64,000 bases of DNA, taken from NCBI GenBank assembly GCA_029245865.1, contig JAQWOM010000043.1, positions 76,846 to 140,845 on the forward strand, read 5' to 3'. The position numbers and the translations under genes are program-made. Shown piece after piece: positions 20,001-29,335 of this stretch; the stretch's first letter is position 1; the number at the start of each line of letters is the position of its first letter. Under the pieces are notes generated by a model that was given only the letters and a program-made list of their open reading frames with translations, did not search any database and was not told the DNA's origin. Source of the stretch: Planctomycetota bacterium (GTDB lineage: Bacteria > Planctomycetota > B15-G4).

Positions 20001-21515
20001 TATATCCACCGTGGCCCGGATCACGATCGACGCAGGCACTCCGTCCAACGGGTGCCCTGGGCTTTGGACGATGAACTCATCGGGGTCGTTCATTCCGTCG
20101 TCGTCTCTGTCGCGCAAGACAGCGAGGGTCCAATCTGCCGGCAACTCAACGCGTCGAAATTCCCAGGCGCGCGGCTCGAACACGCCGGGACTCACCTCTT
20201 CGACAGTCGGAAGCAAAACAGCCTTCTCATCGAAGTCCACAACAGCCTCAAGCGGGACGTCCGTCGTTCCCAGAGCGACTGCCGTGCCCTCCGGATCCAA
20301 GATCAAGTTGCCGTCAAGACCGAGGCCTCCTGCCAAACCAGTTGTGAGCGCACCTTGTGGTGAGGCCCACTCCGCAGAACTCCCTGTAAGGCTCTCTTGA
20401 GCTGTGTTGTCAAAGGGCTCCGTGACAAGGTACGCCAGCGGATCAATGCCACTCACCGTGCTCACAGGCGCAGAGATCAACGGCGAGAAGTCCCCCGACA
20501 AGGAGAGCTTGGAATTGCCGGCCAGGTCTTCAACGCTCGCTTTGACTTCCACCAACAGAAAGGCGTCTGGTGGAAGCGCCACCAGGTCGGATCGCCACCG
20601 AGCGATGGTCAAATCGCCCTGCTGATGCAGGAAGCTCAATGTTGCAGGCGCGATAATGGGCACGAAATCACCATCCCCTGCGGTGTTGAGCAAGATCTGG
20701 ATGGAAGGACTCGAACCGTCCACAGAACTGAACACGGTCTGCGGAATCACAGCATCGTTGAAAATAAAGACGAGGTCGCGAAGCGGGGAGTACGGAACTG
20801 TGAGGACAGAGCCTTCGACCACCTCGGTGGGATTGCTGAAGAACAGCAAACTCTCTTCTGTCAGGTCGGCATCACTGTCCGCATCCACGATATCGCCGAA
20901 CGAAATCCCTGTGGTGTCGTCCACGAAGAATGCACGTACCGTTGGGTATCCCGGCTTTGTATCGAGTGCCTCTGTAGGCGTCCGGAAGAAGTACGACGTG
21001 TCCGCATTCGACATCGACTTCCCGCCCTCGGAAAGAATGCCATTACCCCCCGACGGATCACCAAAAGTGATCTCGTAGAGCGCATCTTCAACAAAACCAA
21101 AGGTGACATTCTGCGAGTTGAACTCAAGCAACGGCCGGATGAAGACGCGCTTACCTTGCACATCAAAGACCGCGGCCGCCTGCAGTCCAGCCGGGGCGCT
21201 CGACAGCCCCGCCGCGTCAGCGACAGTCACGAGCCTGAGGCTGCTGCTCATAACGCTCGCCGGATCCACACTCTTGTTGAAGATCAACTCAACCGATTGA
21301 TCCAGGCCTGCGAGCTTTGAGCCGTAGGGGCCCGCGATCACGCCAAAACCCTTCAGGCCGGAGGAGCTTGAACCGCCACCACCACCGCCACCGCCTCCGC
21401 CTCCTCCGCAAGCCGTCAGGAGGGCGATCACGAAGACCGGAAGAAGACGCAGAAAACGTGTCAGAGGTGCCATGGGTGAGGGCCTTGCCGAGTCTGGACG
21501 GGGGCGCGACATCAT
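17085..21515 (-). CDS. giant surface lipoprotein paralog C (lipobox LTAC followed by a G12 tract; glycine-rich beta-helix-like repeats; beta-propeller-like C-terminal region)
   Basis: Signal peptide MAPLTRFLRLLPVFVIALLTAC, then GGGGGGGGGGGGSSSSG. Internal G-rich blocks (TTGGGGGGGGGISGGSTGG; AGGGSGGGSIELE...GGDGGEIDAPVALYAGGGGGSGGSLILRGGSG). Start ambiguous between ATG at 21515 and 21473. Confidence 0.7.
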   Translation of the reverse strand: MMSRPRPDSARPSPMAPLTRFLRLLPVFVIALLTACGGGGGGGGGGGGSSSSGLKGFGVIAGPYGSKLAGLDQSVELIFNKSVDPASVMSSSLRLVTVADAAGLSSAPAGLQAAAVFDVQGKRVFIRPLLEFNSQNVTFGFVEDALYEITFGDPSGGNGILSEGGKSMSNADTSYFFRTPTEALDTKPGYPTVRAFFVDDTTGISFGDIVDADSDADLTEESLLFFSNPTEVVEGSVLTVPYSPLRDLVFIFNDAVIPQTVFSSVDGSSPSIQILLNTAGDGDFVPIIAPATLSFLHQQGDLTIARWRSDLVALPPDAFLLVEVKASVEDLAGNSKLSLSGDFSPLISAPVSTVSGIDPLAYLVTEPFDNTAQESLTGSSAEWASPQGALTTGLAGGLGLDGNLILDPEGTAVALGTTDVPLEAVVDFDEKAVLLPTVEEVSPGVFEPRAWEFRRVELPADWTLAVLRDRDDDGMNDPDEFIVQSPGHPLDGVPASIVIRATVDIDIAGSVLSRGVPGEILPVPVNASDPLYADYLGQGGLGGQSLVSAGAGGDGGDVLLAVDTSADGSVDTVLLDLVSPSVPMSGTAFETADPRMRGATGRSVSLTSSLLTDENTDLSILTDPGLGLGGDPDLYAQVLAGEILLQPNMGLGTSDQLNAGTKNQLIDENNPVFVVEEVTVVGSVSSIEVDDSQGESMLEVSDNIGTNYAPIAAAGDSYLIGRLQGVPGGDLGGFQRGGVGALPYVVVNDSPAIMTTGGGGGGGGGISGGSTGGSSGPLSDPLEDQRGKGLGGVALDASPGGGGGLGAVRGTGVAVSDTEFDWLTQTSGASLSSLDPTALIGSSLVPNAPNDGWLFEITDFTDPTFTVERIESFEVDVGLTSGPGGFGGPGLSLGSEVSFLLVPPSALGGSGGGGSGVSVTGTLNAATSASTLPLLTPGAGGGSGGGSIELECAKFITVRGSATLSVRGGDGGEIDAPVALYAGGGGGSGGSLILRGGSGFKLFGGALLEAQGGEGGSVEGLGLGGTGGDGWIRFENFSDSLLPSSFFGLTDPVLSAENVGRLVGLPRSVAESRFYNSGLSNPEFESLVVNYSADTDEDGVAETGLSWSYLESGQSGGSGEFLRPPFRFVFNPTKVDINGVLDVAGASPTFYEASDLVSGRAGFVFDATENALLYSIGESTSVIHDLAGSTDLALPDIPSVGGSQLDIVSMAVGGATSELYLLERGAGLVHVFNRGTGLFQRTIRLPSVLEGGMAFVPGAMTEDDRLLIAANRSDLVVSIPTIDPLAGDPFTADFTVLHVDDMFRVQRDAEALDFEFTGLAYDAATQTAWAVDPMARYGAGSSMLIQFSVADGSKGISLDGVHGYARIVDGGVPSVASAVAFDGTTLHVLRATDPDVTIRVAVDPGTVSLVGADLELPNSIVGLPEVARSIADGKTYLRFQLLVDGDFVDPDHGAGAVTFGDVVIDEVELVTRNVSF
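21372..21407 (-). repeat. (CCN)12 / Gly12 coding tract immediately after the lipobox Cys of giant paralog C
   Basis: Plus strand reads ccgccaccaccaccgccaccgcctccgcctcctcc; encodes 12 consecutive Gly. Confidence 0.85.
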
Positions 21516-21801
21516 GTATTGCACATTAAGGGGGATCAGTTCTGTCATGCCTGCCAAGCTCCGATTCTGAGGGCGGAGCCAACGGGTAGCTATAGGATGC
21601 CATCTCAAGTCGGACACGTCTCCGTGGGCACCGAGGACTTCCCTCAGTTCACTGCCATTTCCCCATCCTCGGGGGCCTCAGAGGACCTGCCGAGGCCATG
21701 GCTGCCCACCGTGGCCAGAAGGCCGTCCCTCAGGACATTCGACGTCTCCGGCGGCTGGATCTGATACACCGTTCCGATTCCCGCATCTCGGAGCCCCTTG
21801 A

Positions 21802-22587
21802 GTGCCCCCCTCTCCGCCCCCTCTGATCGACACCCACTGCCACCTGGCCTTTTCTGCCTTCGATGAGGACCGCTCGGAAGTGCTGAATCGGGCCCGGGAG
21901 GCCGGACTGGTGAGTTGCGTCGCTGTCGCCGTGGACGCCCAATCGGCCCGCCAGGCCCTTGCCCTGGCCAAGGCCGAGCCGGGGTTTGTGTATGCCACGG
22001 CGGGCATTCACCCCACCGAAGAGGCCGTGGCAGACCCGGCGGAGTTCCCCCTCGTGCGCGAGTTGCTGGAGTCGAAGCAGTTTGTCGCCGTTGGAGAAAC
22101 CGGGCTCGATGCGTATCACGAATGTGCCCCTCTCGACATCCAGCGCGATGCGCTGATTCAACATCTCAACCTGGCCCTTCAGTGCGACCTCCCGGTCGTG
22201 CTGCATTGCCGTGATGCATTTCCGGAACTTCTCGCAGCTCTTGAGAGCTACCGGGGAGAAGGACTGCGCGGCGTCCTTCACTGCTTCACTGGAGGACACT
22301 CAGAGCGCGAGGCGCTGCTCAGCCTCGGCCTGCACATCGGCGTCGGCGGTATTGCAACCTACAAACCGAACTCGGACTTGCGCGAGGTTGTTCGCGAAAT
22401 CCCCGACGAGCGACTGCTGATCGAAACAGATGCCCCTTGGCTTTCACCTGTACCAATGCGTGGCCGGCGCAACGAGCCAGCCTTCGTCGCTCATGTGGCA
22501 TCCAGGCTCTCCGAAGAACGCCAGCAGCCTCTCGCGACACTCGCGAAACAGTGCACCGCAAACGCCCAGGCACTGTTTCGCTTCTAA
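21802..22587 (+). CDS. tatD: TatD family metal-dependent hydrolase/DNase
   Basis: IDTHCHL..., GETGLD, HCR, HCFTG and ETDAPW blocks in TatD order. Confidence 0.8.
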   Translation: MPPSPPPLIDTHCHLAFSAFDEDRSEVLNRAREAGLVSCVAVAVDAQSARQALALAKAEPGFVYATAGIHPTEEAVADPAEFPLVRELLESKQFVAVGETGLDAYHECAPLDIQRDALIQHLNLALQCDLPVVLHCRDAFPELLAALESYRGEGLRGVLHCFTGGHSEREALLSLGLHIGVGGIATYKPNSDLREVVREIPDERLLIETDAPWLSPVPMRGRRNEPAFVAHVASRLSEERQQPLATLAKQCTANAQALFRF

Positions 22588-22618
22588 AGTTCCTCGATCG
22601 AAGGTTAGAAGTCGCCCT

Positions 22619-23506
22619 TCAAACAGCGAGCCATGTCATGGCTCTCCAGGCGGCCCCCGGCCAGGCGAGTTCCGTCAAAATCCCAACCGAGAGGAAGGGA
22701 CCAAAGGGCAAGCCAACCGGCCCGCCTCGCCCCGACATCCGGGCTGCGATCTTGAGAAAAATGCCTACCAGCGCTCCGACGAAGCACCCCACGAGGATTG
22801 CCTCAAGAACCAGAATGGGCCCGAGAATGGTTCCAGCAAAGGCCATCCATTTCACATCTCCAAGTCCCATGGCGTCTTGAACACCCGCGGCTTCGATCTG
22901 GCTTCTCAGCATGATGTTGCCCAGCCGCCCGACCAGCCACAGCGAGCCTCCGCCCGCAAGCATCCCCATCAGCGCCACGAGAAGGCTTGAGCCATGAACG
23001 AAGGGCTGTCCACCGATGGGTCCGACTTCGCCGGCAAGAAACAGGACGCCATCGACATGCAACTGGGGAATCAGCAAGGAGGCCAGGAGGCCCAGGGCGA
23101 TTCCGGGCAGCGTGATCACGTCCGGAATGATGAAGTGCTCGAGATCGATGGCACTCACGATGACGCAAAGTGACGCCATCACCCAACCAACCAGAAGAGG
23201 CGTCCAGGCAATCTGCTCTCCATGAATCTCCTGAGCCCAGAAGGCGACGAACAGCGCTCCGGTCAGCAGTTCCACCACAAGATAACGTGCAGAAATCTTG
23301 GTGGAACAATATCGACAGCGCCCCCGAAGGCAGAGCCACGAGAGCAGCGGAACATTGTCAAGCCAGGAGAGTTGCCTCTTGCACGTCGGGCACAAGGAAC
23401 GCGCCGGTTTCCAGAGACTCAAGCCCTCACGTGGCACACGATGAATAACAACGTTCGCAAAGCTCCCGACGGACAAGCCCAGGAACGAAACGAAACACCA
23501 CCCCAT
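22619..23506 (-). CDS. pilD: prepilin peptidase (A24 family, PilD/GspO-like), bifunctional leader peptidase/N-methyltransferase architecture
   Basis: N-terminal zinc-binding CPTC...CRYC tetracysteine, catalytic Asp in ...IDLEHFIIPD... and ...GLGDVKWMAF..., eight TM helices. Start at MGWCFVS. Confidence 0.8.
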   Translation of the reverse strand: MGWCFVSFLGLSVGSFANVVIHRVPREGLSLWKPARSLCPTCKRQLSWLDNVPLLSWLCLRGRCRYCSTKISARYLVVELLTGALFVAFWAQEIHGEQIAWTPLLVGWVMASLCVIVSAIDLEHFIIPDVITLPGIALGLLASLLIPQLHVDGVLFLAGEVGPIGGQPFVHGSSLLVALMGMLAGGGSLWLVGRLGNIMLRSQIEAAGVQDAMGLGDVKWMAFAGTILGPILVLEAILVGCFVGALVGIFLKIAARMSGRGGPVGLPFGPFLSVGILTELAWPGAAWRAMTWLAV

Positions 23507-23540
23507 CCAGCCCTCAGTCAGGCTCTGCATGCCGGAGATC

Positions 23541-24305
23541 CTATGATTTGGAAAGCGTCACGACGAGTGGTCCTTCGGGCGAACGACCATCGAGCCCCCG
23601 CAAACCGATTCTCTTCCAGATCAACTCGAGCGATCCGGATTCCGGGGGGACGCGGAGAAGGACCTCACTCCGAGAACCCTCCAACGACCAGCGGGTGTCT
23701 GGCAAAACGGGCTTGAGTTGAAGGCCTTCGGCGACAGGGAAGAGTGGGCAACTGGCAGGCGACACGGAGTTGGGCGCAACCACCCCCTCGAAAGAGAGTG
23801 CGATGACACCGTCATACGGAACAGGCCCCTGCTCATGGGGAGATCGCCCGTTGATGGACTTGAGTTCCAGCAGCCCGGCGTAGCTGAGCCTTGGCTCAAG
23901 AGTGACTTCCAGCCAGCGGGCTTCCGCCATGGAAGCACCTGAGTGAGACCGGAGAGCCTGAAGAGACGGCCAGCCAGCAAGCCTGATGAGAAGCTTTCCG
24001 GGAGGGTCTTGAACAAGCGCTTCATCGAGGAGGAGCGTCACCTCGAGTTGAGGACCGCTCAACTTCAACTGGTGGGCCAGGGGAGTTCCCTCATCGGTGA
24101 CCACTCGAACGGCGCCTTCGGTCACAAGTAACAGATCAAGATCTGCCGAAAAATCAATGACCACACTCTCATTCAGTGATCTCGATTCCGTCCAGCCGGT
24201 CACAAAGAGAGGCATCTCATCAACGGCACCACTCCCGCATTGAGGCGTCACGAGCGCCAGGGCACAGAACAAAATCAAACGGGGGAGCCGCCAGTCGAAA
24301 GACAT
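23541..24305 (-). CDS. hypothetical secreted protein, operon partner of giant lipoproteins and pilD
   Basis: Signal peptide MSFDWRLPRLILFCALALVTPQCGSGA; beta-rich body with no recognisable catalytic motif. Begins 26 nt after the giant B stop and ends 10 nt before pilD. Confidence 0.5.
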   Translation of the reverse strand: MSFDWRLPRLILFCALALVTPQCGSGAVDEMPLFVTGWTESRSLNESVVIDFSADLDLLLVTEGAVRVVTDEGTPLAHQLKLSGPQLEVTLLLDEALVQDPPGKLLIRLAGWPSLQALRSHSGASMAEARWLEVTLEPRLSYAGLLELKSINGRSPHEQGPVPYDGVIALSFEGVVAPNSVSPASCPLFPVAEGLQLKPVLPDTRWSLEGSRSEVLLRVPPESGSLELIWKRIGLRGLDGRSPEGPLVVTLSKS

Positions 24306-24331
24306 GCCGTCCAACAATCGAGGTCGAGTCG

Positions 24332-27300
24332 TCAGTAGCTTGCACGCATGCGAACGTATTCCGCTTGCGGCCGGAAGCTCTCGACCCCGAATGGGAATTC
24401 GGTCAAATTCACGCCGATGTCGAAACGAACTCGAAACCGCACGAGTGGATACCCCGACAGTTCGGTCAAGTCGGACAGCCACGCCGTAGTCGTCTCCTCA
24501 TCCGGGACACTTGATCCGGGACGCACAGCATAAGCACCCTGAAAGCGAACGGACACGGCGGCGTTATCAGAAACTGCGTCGAGTTGCAGAATGCTCTGAT
24601 CTGGTGCATTCACGCGGATATCGTTGTACGGGGCTGTGTTGCCAGGTGACGAAGGGAACAAGCTCGGCGACCCTGTGCTGATCGAGTTTTTCACGTAGTG
24701 GGCAGGCTTGCCCACGACAGCACCGCTCAGAATCATCCGTCCATCGCTTCCTGCTGGGGTCACCTCAGGTGCCGAAGCGTGATGAGTCCCCAGAAAAGCC
24801 TCAAAGAACGGTGGAGTCCGTCCATCCTCATTGCGTGCACGTAAACCCGCTCCCTGGAAGTCCAGCCAGACCGAGGTCCCCACGCTCACTGTCCCGAGGG
24901 GGGGCGGCGTCTTGCTCGGGTGAATCACGGGCAAGCGCGTGACCAGATTGTCCGGATCGAAGACATCTTTACCGTCCAACTCCACTGTCGGAAGCGTTCC
25001 ATCGGGCTCCACCATACGGACGCCAAAGGGAATCGTTTCACCGGCGTGAGTCGTCCCCGGCGTTTTTGGAAATTTGGGATCGGAGGCGGGGTTGTTGATT
25101 TCCTTGAACGTCACCGGGTTGTAGCCGTTGTAGGTCTTCATGACCTTCTCCGGCTCAGGCTCACGCACGAAGGCGACCCCAGGGAATTCCGGCATCTCCA
25201 TCATCGCCGTGTCAAACCAGGTCTGACCAGAGTCTGGGGGATATTCATTGGTCAGCGACGGGAACGACCCATTGGGTCCGCCCTCACTCGGGATGAGTGG
25301 TGGGTAGGCCCCATTCAAGACGTAATAACGATCGAAAAAATTGGTCCCGGGTTGCAGAACGAATGAGCGGTGATGAAGCATGTCGATGTAGCGCAGGTCG
25401 TCCGACAGTTCGTCATCAGGAAAATCGGGGTGATCACCCTGCTTCGCGTTGAGGTCGCCCGTCCAGGTTCCGAGTTTCAGAATGGAGCGCTGCTTTGCGA
25501 AGAGGAAAGCGCCCGGTTGAATCTCGGGGAACCCCGTGCCATCCCCCATCTGCAACTGGATCAGGCCGGCGCCACCCTGCCCTCCGTCACTCCGCGTGTG
25601 ATCAAAAGTAAAAGACTGGAAGTCGATGGTGTTGGCGGGATTTGTCCGAGAGTCACGCCCCATGCCTCCCGACACATCCAGAGAGGCCCCCTGCTTGCCA
25701 TCAACGTCGACATAGGACGCGCTCAGGTGACCTTCGTCTGCCTCGATGCGAATGTTCCCCGCTGCCTGAAGGACGATTGCACCGCCACTGCCGCCACCGC
25801 CACCTCCGCTGAAGGCACTCGTCTGAACCACTTCTCCTCCGCCACCGTGGCCGCCGCTGGCATCGATGTGACCGAGGCGCCCGATGACGATGTCACCAAA
25901 CGAGCGAATCTGGACGGAACCGCCCCCGCCACCACCTCCCCCACCCTTTGCATCCAGGCTAGAGGGAGCCAGAAAGACGCCCACCAGGAGCTTGGGGAAG
26001 AAGGGCGGGGCAAGCGCCGGTGGTACGGGAGCACCGAGGGCATTCAACGACCAACCTGCGTGGCGCATGCTGTCAACGCGCGAGCCACCACCCCCACCAC
26101 CTTGTCCACCAATCAGCACGGGCAGTTCACCACCCGCACCAATGAAATCGTTGGACGTGTCGCCATCGCGGAAAACCGGATCGCCGGCATCCGCACCAGG
26201 CTTGATGCGAGAAATACTGGTTGGATCGGTGTAATCCTCAGACGCCCCCGGCTTGAACGTCATATAGACGCACTGCAGCGGTGTCTTCGGCAACTGCCCC
26301 GAATAGAAGTTCTCGTCATTGCCGTAGACGGCGTCGCTCCGCTTGTTGTTCGTAGGGCATTTCGTAAAGGGGAACCAACTGCCGTTGCTCTGAATCAGAT
26401 AGGCCCCACTTCCTTCACGCGAGGGCTGCCCCACGTGATAGAAACTTCCGCCACCTCCACCAGGTGCCCGATGGTGTTCGGTGTTATCGCTTGGCGGAAT
26501 CTTGGGGATAAACGCGGCCGTAGGATCAAAGCCCACTGTGCTTAACCCCCCATGCCCTCCAATCTGCTGAACCGTCAGCTTTCCGCCAGGAGTGAGAACG
26601 GGGCCGAAGCCACGCTCACCTGTTTCCGGAGTGACGTACTGGTCGAGGGAGGCGGGTCCGTTGGGGTCGAACAACGTCGGCTGGCTGTCACCGCCTCGGC
26701 CACCACCGGGGCCACTTGGCCCTCCACGCACCGCGACAAAACCCGAATCGAAAGAATCGTCACTGAGACCGTCCGTCCCTTTGATCGTCAGGACCCCGTT
26801 GATTTCGACCTTGCGCGTCGCCGTGATCACCAACGGCTTGCTACCCCGAGCGATCACTTGCGCGCCCTCAGGGATGATGAAATCGCGAAATGCGAACTGA
26901 CCGCCATAGATGGTGATGTTCTCTGTGATGCCCGGAGTCGCACCGCTCGGCAATGGGAAAGACTGCGCATCTGTATCCAGGAAGACCGTGTTGAATGTGG
27001 TCAATTCCAGCGACAGATCCCTTTCACCCTTCGTGGAACTTGAACGCGTGTAAGCAAACAGCTCTTCGAAATCGGGCGATCCCCCAGGAAGGAAATCGCC
27101 GAGGTCTACTGTCTCGCTGACACCGACAGAGGCTCGCAAGCCGGGCACAATGGACGAGCCCACAAAGGAGCCCGACCACTCGGCAAGCGGGCTCGTGCCA
27201 ATCGGCGATTCATCCTCGTACTTCCGCTCCTCAAACTCTTCGAGGAATGTGTCGTCAATATAGGCTTCTGGCCCGGCCAGGGGGATCGCTGTGTGCAAAC

Positions 27301-29335
27301 TGAGCAGTCGCGTGGCTCCCAGGGGCGTCACCGTATCTTCGGGGTCTTCATTCACCGCGTTCGTACCGAAGAGTGACATCAGCGTGTTGCGCTGCATCAC
27401 ATCCAACTCGGCATCGATCGGAAGGACGCCCACGGGCCTCAGCTCCAAGACAGCGCCCTCTTCGGCGTTGGACTGAACCACCACATCGACATCGAAGTCC
27501 ATGAAGCCGACGGTCAACGCCCGAGCCGGGCTCAGGTTCTCTGGAAAGCTTGTAAGCGGGTGCCCGAAAGCCGCCACGTCTGAGACAACTGTGCCAAGAA
27601 CGCCCAGGTCGGGGTCGATGACCTGGATGGAATCGAGTGTTCGGTTGAGCGCCAAGATCCGATTCTCGCCGACAAACTGGAGATCGACGTATCGCCCGGA
27701 GAGTTCCAGCGCGACATCGGTTTCCAACCCACTGAAAAGGCCGTCGCCGTCCTCAAATTCCCCGTCAAGTTCGAAGTCAATCGGCGCCAGACGTAAGATC
27801 GAGGTTTGATCAGGATTGCCATTTCGAATGGCGAGGGCATACAGCTTCCCCGAGGGAGCCTGCGCGAGATCGAGGATCTCACCCGCAGATTCCGGTTGCG
27901 GAGCACTCAGAAACCCCGTCTCTCCATCACCCGTGGCCACGCTCACCAGAATCGGGGCCTGGAGGTCTTCCTCGACAGGGTTCGGCCGGCGTCGGATGAC
28001 GGTTGGCAACAGTTCATGAAGACGCCGAGTGCTCCTGTCGTACGCCACAAGTCGGCCGTCCAGAAGCGTCACAAGCCCCACCAGATCTTCGAGCCCTGTC
28101 GTGACAGGTCCTGGCTCACCGCCCTCGTCAGGCGCAACAGCCATCCGTGCGTGAAACGGATCTCCGAGGACAGGGTCCGCCACGGAGAGCAGGTCAGGCC
28201 CTCCATCCACTTTGAGAATCGACCACAGCAGCGACGCGTCCAGACCACACGCCATGCTTCCGATCGTGCCTGTCAGTTCGGGATCAGGGTCGGGCAGTGC
28301 GCCCGAAGTCTCGTTATGAAGAAAGATGTTTGCGCCTGAAGCGTCCGGATCCACGCCCTCGTCAAGCGCCGAGAGAGCCTCGAAGGCCGGATGCACGCCG
28401 AACGTGTCTGCTGGCACGGCGTGCGACACAAGCAGTCCAGTTCCCCGAGCCCGCAAGAAGAACGTCGGATCAAGGAGACCGTCAGCATTGAGATCTAAAC
28501 CCGCCAGGTTGTCACTTGTCGGCACCAAAGCACGGTCGTAGGTCAGTGCGATCTGCTCGGCGCCAAGGGGAAACAGCGATGTCCCCTCGAACTCGAGCGA
28601 GGTCGTCGAAAAGGTCTGCGGGAAGAAGTCCGTCGTGCCATCCGGGGGGACGGCGCCTGCGAGGGCCGGTTTCAATCCATCAGCACCGCTCGTGGGATAA
28701 TAGGCTGCCGAGTTCGAGGTGGTGCCAAACTTCACCGTGCCAGGCACACCTTTCAGATCAGGGTGCAGATTCTGGATACGCGTACTCGGCAAGGTGGAGA
28801 CGGCCACCGTGTAAACCGACGCTGGCAACAAGCCCGGCACGGATTCTGCGGGCGCAGAAAGAACCGGTGAAAGCGGGGCCGTCGGCACGAACGGCCGAAA
28901 CTCCACCGTATTGCCAACGCGCACATAAGTACCCTTGGCAGTGATGACCGGGGTGGTGCCATTGGCCCCCGACTCCGGCCCCACCTCAGCGAGCGTGGTG
29001 TAAACGGGCAGGGAGGCGCTGTTAAACGGCCCCGAAGGTGGACCGCTGAACCGAAACACCAGCGTCAGATTGAGTGGGCCACCAGCCGTTGCTGGCGTCG
29101 AACTCAGATCTTCCATGGGCGGCTGCGTGAACTCCGGATCTGAACCTATCCGGAACGAAAACCCCAGAAAATTGACCAGGTTCGACGTGCCGCCGCCGCC
29201 ACCGCCGCCACCGCCACCACCGCCGCCGCCACACGCCGCGAGTGACAGACAGACAACTCCTAGAGCGAGGCCTCCGAAGACCCGGGCGGTCGATCGCGTC
29301 ACCACACCGGCTCGGCCGTCAATCCAGCTTTTCAT
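24332..29335 (-). CDS. giant surface lipoprotein paralog B (lipobox LAAC followed by a G14 tract; beta-propeller-like and glycine-rich beta-helix-like modules)
   Basis: Signal peptide MKSWIDGRAGVVTRSTARVFGGLALGVVCLSLAAC, then GGGGGGGGGGGGGGTSN. Internal poly-G (AKGGGGGGGGGSVQIRSFGD...SGGGGGGSGGAIVLQAAGNIRIE). Start overlaps the giant A stop by ~16 nt, suggesting translational coupling. Confidence 0.7.
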   Translation of the reverse strand: MKSWIDGRAGVVTRSTARVFGGLALGVVCLSLAACGGGGGGGGGGGGGGTSNLVNFLGFSFRIGSDPEFTQPPMEDLSSTPATAGGPLNLTLVFRFSGPPSGPFNSASLPVYTTLAEVGPESGANGTTPVITAKGTYVRVGNTVEFRPFVPTAPLSPVLSAPAESVPGLLPASVYTVAVSTLPSTRIQNLHPDLKGVPGTVKFGTTSNSAAYYPTSGADGLKPALAGAVPPDGTTDFFPQTFSTTSLEFEGTSLFPLGAEQIALTYDRALVPTSDNLAGLDLNADGLLDPTFFLRARGTGLLVSHAVPADTFGVHPAFEALSALDEGVDPDASGANIFLHNETSGALPDPDPELTGTIGSMACGLDASLLWSILKVDGGPDLLSVADPVLGDPFHARMAVAPDEGGEPGPVTTGLEDLVGLVTLLDGRLVAYDRSTRRLHELLPTVIRRRPNPVEEDLQAPILVSVATGDGETGFLSAPQPESAGEILDLAQAPSGKLYALAIRNGNPDQTSILRLAPIDFELDGEFEDGDGLFSGLETDVALELSGRYVDLQFVGENRILALNRTLDSIQVIDPDLGVLGTVVSDVAAFGHPLTSFPENLSPARALTVGFMDFDVDVVVQSNAEEGAVLELRPVGVLPIDAELDVMQRNTLMSLFGTNAVNEDPEDTVTPLGATRLLSLHTAIPLAGPEAYIDDTFLEEFEERKYEDESPIGTSPLAEWSGSFVGSSIVPGLRASVGVSETVDLGDFLPGGSPDFEELFAYTRSSSTKGERDLSLELTTFNTVFLDTDAQSFPLPSGATPGITENITIYGGQFAFRDFIIPEGAQVIARGSKPLVITATRKVEINGVLTIKGTDGLSDDSFDSGFVAVRGGPSGPGGGRGGDSQPTLFDPNGPASLDQYVTPETGERGFGPVLTPGGKLTVQQIGGHGGLSTVGFDPTAAFIPKIPPSDNTEHHRAPGGGGGSFYHVGQPSREGSGAYLIQSNGSWFPFTKCPTNNKRSDAVYGNDENFYSGQLPKTPLQCVYMTFKPGASEDYTDPTSISRIKPGADAGDPVFRDGDTSNDFIGAGGELPVLIGGQGGGGGGSRVDSMRHAGWSLNALGAPVPPALAPPFFPKLLVGVFLAPSSLDAKGGGGGGGGGSVQIRSFGDIVIGRLGHIDASGGHGGGGEVVQTSAFSGGGGGGSGGAIVLQAAGNIRIEADEGHLSASYVDVDGKQGASLDVSGGMGRDSRTNPANTIDFQSFTFDHTRSDGGQGGAGLIQLQMGDGTGFPEIQPGAFLFAKQRSILKLGTWTGDLNAKQGDHPDFPDDELSDDLRYIDMLHHRSFVLQPGTNFFDRYYVLNGAYPPLIPSEGGPNGSFPSLTNEYPPDSGQTWFDTAMMEMPEFPGVAFVREPEPEKVMKTYNGYNPVTFKEINNPASDPKFPKTPGTTHAGETIPFGVRMVEPDGTLPTVELDGKDVFDPDNLVTRLPVIHPSKTPPPLGTVSVGTSVWLDFQGAGLRARNEDGRTPPFFEAFLGTHHASAPEVTPAGSDGRMILSGAVVGKPAHYVKNSISTGSPSLFPSSPGNTAPYNDIRVNAPDQSILQLDAVSDNAAVSVRFQGAYAVRPGSSVPDEETTTAWLSDLTELSGYPLVRFRVRFDIGVNLTEFPFGVESFRPQAEYVRMRASY
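29189..29230 (-). repeat. (CCN)14 / Gly14 coding tract after the lipobox Cys of giant paralog B
   Basis: Plus strand gccgccgccaccgccgccaccgccaccaccgccgccgcc; encodes 14 consecutive Gly. Confidence 0.85.

Noticed and set aside
21300-21360. Possibility that the giant lipoproteins carry class III (prepilin-type) signal peptides processed by the adjacent A24 peptidase
   Set aside because: N-termini are classical Sec/Lsp lipoprotein signals with a lipobox Cys. The post-Gly segments (e.g. GLKGFGVIAG) lack the conserved Glu at +5 and the hydrophobic pilin helix. Kept only as a speculative note.
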